Positions 49,755 to 64,000 of a stretch of DNA of 64,000 nucleotides are shown here, piece after piece. Below the pieces are notes generated by a model. The model saw only the letters and a list, made by a program, of their open reading frames with translations. It had not been told where the DNA came from and made no database searches. The stretch lies in assembly GCF_018977255.1 (NCBI RefSeq), contig NW_024704759.1, positions 10,168,001-10,232,000 on the forward strand, in the 5' to 3' direction. The stretch's first letter is position 1. Every line of letters begins with the position of its first letter. A program made the position numbers and the translations under genes. This DNA is from Callorhinchus milii (taxonomy: Eukaryota).

Positions 49755-52700
49755 CGAGATTTATAGTTGATGTGGCATACTTGAAATCCAGCTCACTGTA
49801 AAGTTTTAAAGGGTTCTGAAAACTTTGCAAATGCTTGGAGAGTCTTGTTTGAGTCAGGCTTTTTTTTAGACCACCAAATGGTCGAACAATATAAAACCGT
49901 AGAAAATCATACAATATCAATACATGCAGAAATAGCTTTGTTAATGTTTACTAGAAAACAGCACAATACAGTTATTCATACTCTACAAGACAGTAAAATA
50001 CTATACAGGAAAATAAAAAAGTAAAATACATGAAGCCGTTTGCTGTGTGGCAAAAAAAGCGAATAAAAAACGTGAAACAGTCAAGTAGGAAAAAGATCAC
50101 ACTAGCTAAGGTAGAAAAAAAATCAGTGTATCTCAATGTCTTCAGATTATAGGTACAGAAATGTACAACTCTTATATCCCAAGTGCTTTACCTGTAATTT
50201 AACTATAAAGGTGTCAAACTGTGAAAATATCACATGATTTCTCTCATAGTTCTAGGTGTGGACTGTGTAGCATTGCATGTTGACCAACAGTGCACTTAGG
50301 AGAGGACATTCAATATCGATCTTACGTTTTACTCTCTTTAAGTTATGCAGTTGAGAGACACTTAGTGCAAGCAATTAATTTGTAATTTTAAATTAAAAGC
50401 TACAATTCCACTGTGAAACTTCATTTAGAATAAAGTGTGTGCTTAACACACGACAAAACAAGTTGGTATTCAAAAAAATCTGCATATATTTGGTCCAAAA
50501 GTACTTTTACCAATAAAAAAAACTAAAATAATTCCAGTTAAGTCAGGCACATCCCTGAAATTTATGGAAACTAGTGTGATCTTATAGCATTTGTTGATTT
50601 GTTGTTAACCATTGAAGAACAAAATCACATTGCTGGGAAGACAATAGGAGAAAATGTATCAACAGCACTCATCTGTTCCTATCTAGAAGAGTTCTCAGCA
50701 AAACTGGGCATAAGAAATGTCTCCTCTGTAAGGCCATACAAATAAAATACTGAACATATTTTCCTGTTCAACAATTTGGAAATCGACAAGAAATCTGATG
50801 AAAACGTGTGTCCCATGGATCATGAGATGAATCTTCATATATAAAAAAAACTTCCATGATGAACTACTACCTAAAAGTCTTGCAATTGCTATTAATGCTG
50901 TCAGCAATATCACTTGGACTAGAGTTTCATCACTTGCTAGATCACAGCATAGCTTGGTTGAAAAGGTGTGCTGGATGAATGAGTTGATCACATCAAATAA
51001 TAAATGAGCCAACTAGGCAGGTGCTCAGTTACCTGTGGAATGACCAAGCAGTGTTTAAATCTGAAAACTTTTGTAGCCACTTTTACTCTTAGTTTATTCA
51101 AGCCCCCAAATTGTAACTCATTACAGTACCAGTGGTTAGGCTGCTCGGGTTGATGTGCAGGTTACAATCTGAGCTGCAAACCACATTGATGGCACCAGTT
51201 AAGGATTTTCTCCTTGAACTAGGAACCATAGAGCCTCCTACAGGGAAATAAATAGCTTGGCACAAACATCATGATTAAGAATCTGCTAACAGAGGCCTTG
51301 ACAACAACTTTAGGGAGGAGAAAACGTCAAGTTCAACATCAGCTAGTTAGCTAGTCAGCATCATATGAAAACACTGCTTCGTTGTCAGTCATTAACACAA
51401 AGGGTCTGGTTTTTCAGGTTGCGAGACTGAATTTGAAATGGACTTCACTTCCGCGAACTAAACTGGAACAAGCACTTTTTAAAAGTGCAATTAATCTCTT
51501 AGGCCACCAATAAATTTAACCAATGAAAATACAATTTTAAAAAAATTAAGTACTCTCACCTTCCGAAACGCATGGTAGGGACAGCAAGACAGAAGATGGG
51601 CAAGGGAGGTTTTAAAGTTCTAACATGATTTGTGTCAGGGTGCACAAATGACTATGATTCAGATACTACAGGTGGGGGCAGTTAAGCATACTTTGCTCTT
51701 TGTGAAAGGATTGACTGTTAAAAGCAGAAACTAAACAGTGTCAAACTACTTACCATAATTTACTACATGCACTTGCCAGCAAATGGTTATTTGGGATATT
51801 AGGAAAAGAAACACCAGACGACTCAGAGAATGTGTTCTCTGATCCACCCTCCTCCGGGTCCTGGTGCTTCTTAGATCCAGAGCACAGAATGGTCTGAAGC
51901 AAGCACTTGTACATGGTTGCTTGGTCAAAGAGACGAGATTGAAAGTTTTAAACTCTCACCTCATTCGCCAAATGTCAGCAATTCTAAACAGAATTGCACA
52001 TTATTTGGTTTGAAAAATATGAGGAAAACTGATCCTCTGTGAGCTCCACGGGAGGAGGATATCTGCCAGCCAGTTGTAGAGTAACCGCGAAGGAGTGCAT
52101 ACTTCAGATCATTCCACGACCGGGTTATAGAACGTCACGTCCTTTCAGGTAACAGTTACAAACTAAACTCCAAACTGTGTAGAAATTTACATGATTTTGT
52201 AACATGATCAAAAAGATGAAGGGATACAGTAAACTTAAGTTCTCCTTTCTAGTAAATATCAGGCTAACGTTCCAGAATGTTGATACTGAACAAAATGGGG
52301 CATAAAACTCCAAACATGTGCATATAGATTTTTTTTTGAAATGTGAGAAGTATGACTATCCTGAATTTCAAAACGCTAGAGATTCACATTCCTAAACACC
52401 AAATGTACAATGTTTTTGTGTGAATGGTCCACAAAAGCAATTTATAGTAAGTAAACTGCATAAAACATTACATACCGCAGTCTGATATTTTACATTTGTT
52501 CATTAATCTTATTGGTATGGCCTTACTGGAAAGAACAAGAGCCAAGGAAAGTTTCAATTAAGGCATGTATCACAGCAGCTCAATAGCTTGTTTACCATGA
52601 AAACCCTATTCAGTCTTTTGTCATTTAAGAGGTATACCAACAAACCCAACTTTTCAAATCTACTGTACATACACCCAAACTACATAAATATACAAGAGGC

Positions 52701-54634
52701 TTTAAAAAGTCTTATCGTATGAGCTTTATTCATTGCTCATTTCTGCTGATTGCGATGGGGCTAGCAACATCGGTGAGCCACTACATCTGGATCTTGCTGG
52801 CTGAAGTGCCAACTTCAGGGTTTGAGAGCCAGCATATATATTTTGAAAGGGAATTACCAGCAAGTCCTATCCCAGCACCAAGACGCTCAAAGCCAATAAA
52901 TTAGTTTAGACCTGTTTTGTAAAAGAAAGATTTAATTGTTGCATCTTAGCCACTGGTGTCCAATATTTGCAGAGCTCGACCCTGTGCAGAAAGTGAGACA
53001 TGAACAATGCCTATAGACAGTTTTGGAATGTTTGAACTAGTTCCTACATACTTGAAATGTGACAAACATCTGGATTACGTGGTTTAGGTAAAACCCTTGA
53101 TATATACACAGGCCAAATGAGTTTCAAATACAGGTATGCTAGCTTTTATACAAACACCCAACATAGAAATGAACCACTGAAATATTACCTTTTCAGTGTC
53201 AGTCTCACTGCCACCATTACCAACCAGAACACTCATGCAATTATTTTCAAACATGTACTACACATGTTTACAGTAGTAATAAGATATACAGATCATCTTT
53301 CACTTTCCAAGCAATTTCATATTTATTGATGCTAATGGAGTCTGCATGCATTCCACTACACTGGTGTATAATGTATAACTGCCAGGATACAATATACATC
53401 CAGACCATTAAAAGAATCATTCGACAAAGCAATTCTGTAGCTCACTCTGTTTCCTACCATTATATATTATTAGTATCCCCTTAATTTGATGTACATGATC
53501 CAAAAATGTCTAGTTTTAATGCTATAATTTCTTAAGACAACTATATACTGACTACTTACAATTACCCTCAGATTAAGTACTGGTAATACCCTATAGTTTA
53601 CAGGGCAGGTAAGTGGTGGCAAGCTTCCAGTACTGGCAATGAGGTATCATTTTACTTTTCTATGAGCCCTTGATGCAAGGCTTTGATTAAAAATATAAAC
53701 TATATTTTTAATACATCGTTGGTTAAAAAATTGTTGGATACAGTCATACCTGTTACAAATAAATATGGAGTGAAGGAGATTTGACTTTGTATAATGGTCT
53801 AGTTTTATATATGGTACAGCTGTAAAAATGCTGGTGGAAATGTGTTGCATTTTGTTGCATTTCTTCCCCCGTCCAACTATATTGTCGCTGAATAGCGGAA
53901 GGTTAAAAGCTGGTTAATTTACCTTGGTTTCCGATGTTGTGGATGGCAAAAGTGCAAGCACAAGTGTGACGGAAATGGTTAATAGACACATTTAAAGAGG
54001 ACCATTTTGCTGGAATACCCTGAGCAGCAGTGGAAGCCTCTTAGCTGATGCGTTAACAAAGCAGCAGTTTAAAGCCACAGCTTTGCTGAGATTAATGCAA
54101 TTTCACCACAGGCACTGCCCAAAAACATACGTGCAAACAAAAAATACATTTTGTTTCCCAAGAATAACATTGGGCATTTTCCAGATGTGGGTGAAACAGG
54201 AAATGGCACAACAGTGGAGATTAACATTGCAACTATGAGCGAAATATGCTAGGGTTAGAGGATGTGTATCTTTTCCGAACAATATCTTGCATTTCTCCAT
54301 AACAGACATTAAAAGAATGCAACATACAACACCCTTCTCCCTGCCAAAAAAAAAAAGAAAAGAAAAACACAGCTATTTGGCATTTTCACTGCTTTCCCCT
54401 GAATATTCAAGGCCCTGAGATTTGAATGTTATGCTCTTGGGACCATGGGGCTAAAACCCTAGTGCATCTTTTTCTTATCCCTACAATCCCACCCAAGTTC
54501 CCGTCTCAGAAACTAAGCCTGCTTTTTTTTTTAAGACATAGATCCTACAGCTTTTCAATGCATCAAATGTTTTATTGAAAAAGCGCAGGCTTTACTGCAA
54601 TATACAGTACGCACGTCATCCTCTAGGGTATTTG
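49730..54634 (-). other. PTPN1: Probable long PTPN1 3' UTR
   Basis: AT-rich and free of recognisable SINE/LINE from the stop codon down to an AATAAA at 49754-49749; internal poly(A) sites are possible. Confidence 0.55.
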
Positions 54635-60752
<6,118 letters not shown>

Positions 60753-62264
60753 CTGGAATTGCAAAATGGGAAATATTCAAAATGCTGCTGTAACTTGCCA
60801 GAATGACTTCATCCCAGTGCTACAACCACTCTGTTTGGTTACATTAGGAAAATTGTGTTGCATCAAAATATCAAAACGCTGTCTAAGCCTTGACAGTAAT
60901 TACTTTCTGTAAACAAACAACGTGATATCATATGCAAGATTGATAGCCCGAAGATGAGGAATCATGCCAAGAGTGCAAGGTTAACAACTCGCCATCTCCC
61001 AGATTAATGTGAAGAGTGGACAATCGCTGATTTAGAGAGTGAACCAACAATAAGATCTGGACATGATATTGAGACGTCTAGAAGATGTGAAAAGCATTAT
61101 ATCAAATGCAAGGATTATTATTATAGGTCCTGTTTTAAATGAAAAATACTCTTTCTATTTTCTTTCTATTATTTTCCAGGCGAGGCTCGAATAGTACAGC
61201 CAGCCAGCTCGGAGCAATGCTCATCTTTCTGAAACCTGCCATAAGTGTGTTACAATTGACCACTTTGGAGATTTAAAAAGATTCAGGAAAGGAAGTCGAT
61301 TAGTATTGAGCTGACGGCTGATCACTCCCACCACGAACCCTCTACCTCTTCTCCCAAGCCTACGATTCCAGATCTGCAGGACTATTAGTAGGCATTCTTC
61401 AATGTTTACATACAGTATTTGTTGCCGGTGGGAATCATTTCGTAACCTATGCAGCCAGTCGCTCAGGGATAAAGTGATGCTGACACGATTATAGTGCTAC
61501 AAAAGGTGGTCACAGAGCACATGCTAACTTAGTCATTCAGTAAAAGGAAGCAGGCCCGATCACACGAGGCATTCAAAAGAGCTTAGTCAGAGAAGACAGA
61601 AAGACACAATCATATTTTGGAAGAATGAGCTACCGATGATTCTTCAAATTCACTGCTATGGAATTCACTTGCTAAATTTCGCCGACAATCATAGTATAAG
61701 CAAGTTACATCCAGCCCATCTTCAGGCCAATTCCCTCAGAGGGTTCAGATTCACAAGGAACCCTCTTTTCCAGTCTCTATCTGAAATCTACAAGTTTGAT
61801 GTGAACAATCTTTGATGTGAACACGCTCAGGGCTAAAGTTCTGGGAACTGTATCCTTCCCTCCAAAGTCTTTTCGATTTTTTTAAAAAACAAAACAAAAT
61901 ACCTGGTCAGAAAAATTGGTCTTATTGACCAATATAGCTCAGCTACACCCAAAGGTTACATGGGGGGGATTCCCAGACACTTAGTTGCAGCCATTACAAA
62001 AAAAACGTGCATCCTTTACAGAATTTACCTATGTTAAGCTCTGAGTTTTTAACCACTTCCTATCTAGACAGTGACTAAAAACAACTCTGAACAATTAGCT
62101 AGTATTTGCAAGGAAATCCACGTATCTGCACTCTCAGGTCAATGCTACAGAAATGTCAAGGTGGTTATTGAAAATATGATTTCTACACATTTGTGTAAGA
62201 TGATGAGAATTATTTCAAAGAATCCACGATCAACTTTTCAGATTGCCCATTATTCAACGTCATT

Positions 62265-62915
62265 TAATTGACTGTATTTTGTGAGCAAAATGCAGCAGCC
62301 AGTTACACACAGTGAAGTCCCATGAACAGCCATGGAGTGAGTGGCCAATTTTATTTTGGGGATTGTCGGCTAGGACACTGGGAGAAACTTCCTTCTCTTT
62401 TTGAATAGTGCAATGGTATCTTTAACATATTTATCTGAACTATGGAGTCCTGTAACTCAGTGGTTAGACCGCGAGAGACCTGGGTTCAATTCCAGGCAGG
62501 GAGAAACCATGGGCAAGTTTCCTTACTCCACACGCCTGATAATAATCCCTCCAAAACAAAAACAATAATTAATTGGTCATTTTCAATCCACGACTGTTTG
62601 TGGGACACTGCTGTGCGCAATTGGCTGACGCAGTTCGCGCACAAATATACGGTCAATCACTTTACAGTCTATTCTGTGAAGCGCTTTGAGACGTCGAGAA
62701 TTCGTGAAAAGCGCTATATCAAATGCAAGGATTATTATAACAGGCGGACGGGATCTCGGTTTAATGTATCATCCAAAGTACAGCATCGTCGACAATGCCA
62801 TACGCCCCCAAGCACTGCATTGGAGTATCATATTAGACAACGTGATTCCGAGTCCTGACTTGAACCCACAACCTTCTGATTCGGAGGTGAGAGGGCTACC
62901 AGTGCACCAGACTGA
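62265..62915 (-). mobile_element. SacSINE1-like SINE split by the young SINE insertion at 62444-62738
   Basis: Head at 62915-62741 and Deu core at 62440-62265 rejoin seamlessly. Confidence 0.8.
62444..62738 (+). mobile_element. Young tRNA-Ala SINE with anticodon-arm deletion, nested in an older SINE
   Basis: Same family; reads GTTAGACCGCGAGAGACC where other copies carry the anticodon stem-loop. Confidence 0.9.
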
Positions 62916-63827
62916 CAAATTATTAAGATTGTAATGTGGTAATAAAATGGCCTTCGCTAACATCTGCAGCATTAATCATGTGTTCACATATCAGTCCTGA
63001 AATGGTTATTTTTGCTACAAAGACTACTTACTTGTCAGCACTAGCTGGACTAGCAGATTTTTTTTAAAAAAAAACATCAAGCCGAAAGCATTGACGCAAG
63101 ATCCTGTAGCTTGCTGCCAGGACTGCCTTTGTTTGTGCAAGTTCTATTTACTTCCCTGTACACTGTTTTCCAAGAAAACACGATAACTCCTGCCAGAATG
63201 TGGTTAAACAAAAGCTGCCAAATCTCACTGCCTTAGTCCGAGCATCAAGTTCAAATCCACCCATAAAACAATCCTACAGAGCTGATAAAACAATCCTGGA
63301 AAACGTACAGGATGAAAATTAGCAAAGCCCAAATGTTAGCTGATCCAATCATGAGCACGTGCTCATCTGTAAATGTTCAAGTCAATTGGAAATGTGGGCT
63401 TCTCTGGTTTGCATAATTTAACCAATGTTAAATGGCAAGAGAAGCCAATCATCACAGGCCCAGATTTCTACTGCAACATGTCTAACAATTTATCTTTTCA
63501 TTCAGTTTTTGCCAGATTAAAACGCCTTGAGATGCAATGGCAATTTTTTTTTTTTTTTTTTTTTTTTTTAACACAATTCACAAATTTATCAGATTCTGCC
63601 TTAGATCGTTCAATATAATTCAAAAGCTACCAAACGCAATACACACTCTCATTTTGGATCTAATTTGTTCTCGATTATTGAGTTTCAGAGAGAATTCCAA
63701 ATGCAGATAGCTGCCTCACACCGTGACAGAGCATATGCCAACACCGCAAAATTTCATCTTGGAATGAAAACATGCGTACACGTTTTACTAAATGTTCAAT
63801 AAAACTGCTTAAAACATCAAATTCTAA

Positions 63828-64000
63828 TATAATAATAATCCTTGCATTTGACATAGCGTCTTCCCGTGTCTTCGAGAGGTCTCAAAGTGCTTAACAGAAC
63901 ATACTGTAAATAACACTCCTTGCATTTGATATAGCGCCTTATCGCACCTTTGAGACATACTGTAAAGTGAATTCACTGTATATTTGTGGACGAAACCTAA
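63828..64000 (-). mobile_element. Two tandem 5'-truncated SINE tails
   Basis: TCCTTGCATTTGA(C/T)ATAGCG occurs twice, near 63839 and 63917. Confidence 0.75.

Overview
Vertebrate genomic DNA, not prokaryotic. The SINE/LINE content (SacSINE1-like Deu-domain SINEs, L2, CR1) points to a cartilaginous fish, possibly a chimaera; this is an inference. Two spliced genes lie tail-to-tail, as they do on human 20q13. RIPOR3/FAM65C is on the + strand: I traced 21 coding exons from 18725 to 47143, all GT-AG and phase-consistent, giving 980 aa from the conserved Met. PTPN1 (PTP1B) is on the - strand: exons 2-9 span 60752 to 54635, exon 1 was not found in the window, and a probable ~4.9 kb repeat-free 3' UTR follows. 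Introns and flanks are dense with a young tRNA-Ala-headed SINE, an older full-Deu SINE, L2 and CR1 fragments and a hairpin MITE. Most ORFs in the supplied track are artefacts of these repeats. I found no convincing novel protein-coding system. The most interesting signals are a LINE/SINE shared 3' stem-loop with a compensatory base pair, an apparent SINE head swap, three readable nested insertions, and the PTP1B C-terminus. All coordinates were read by eye; repeat boundaries are approximate.
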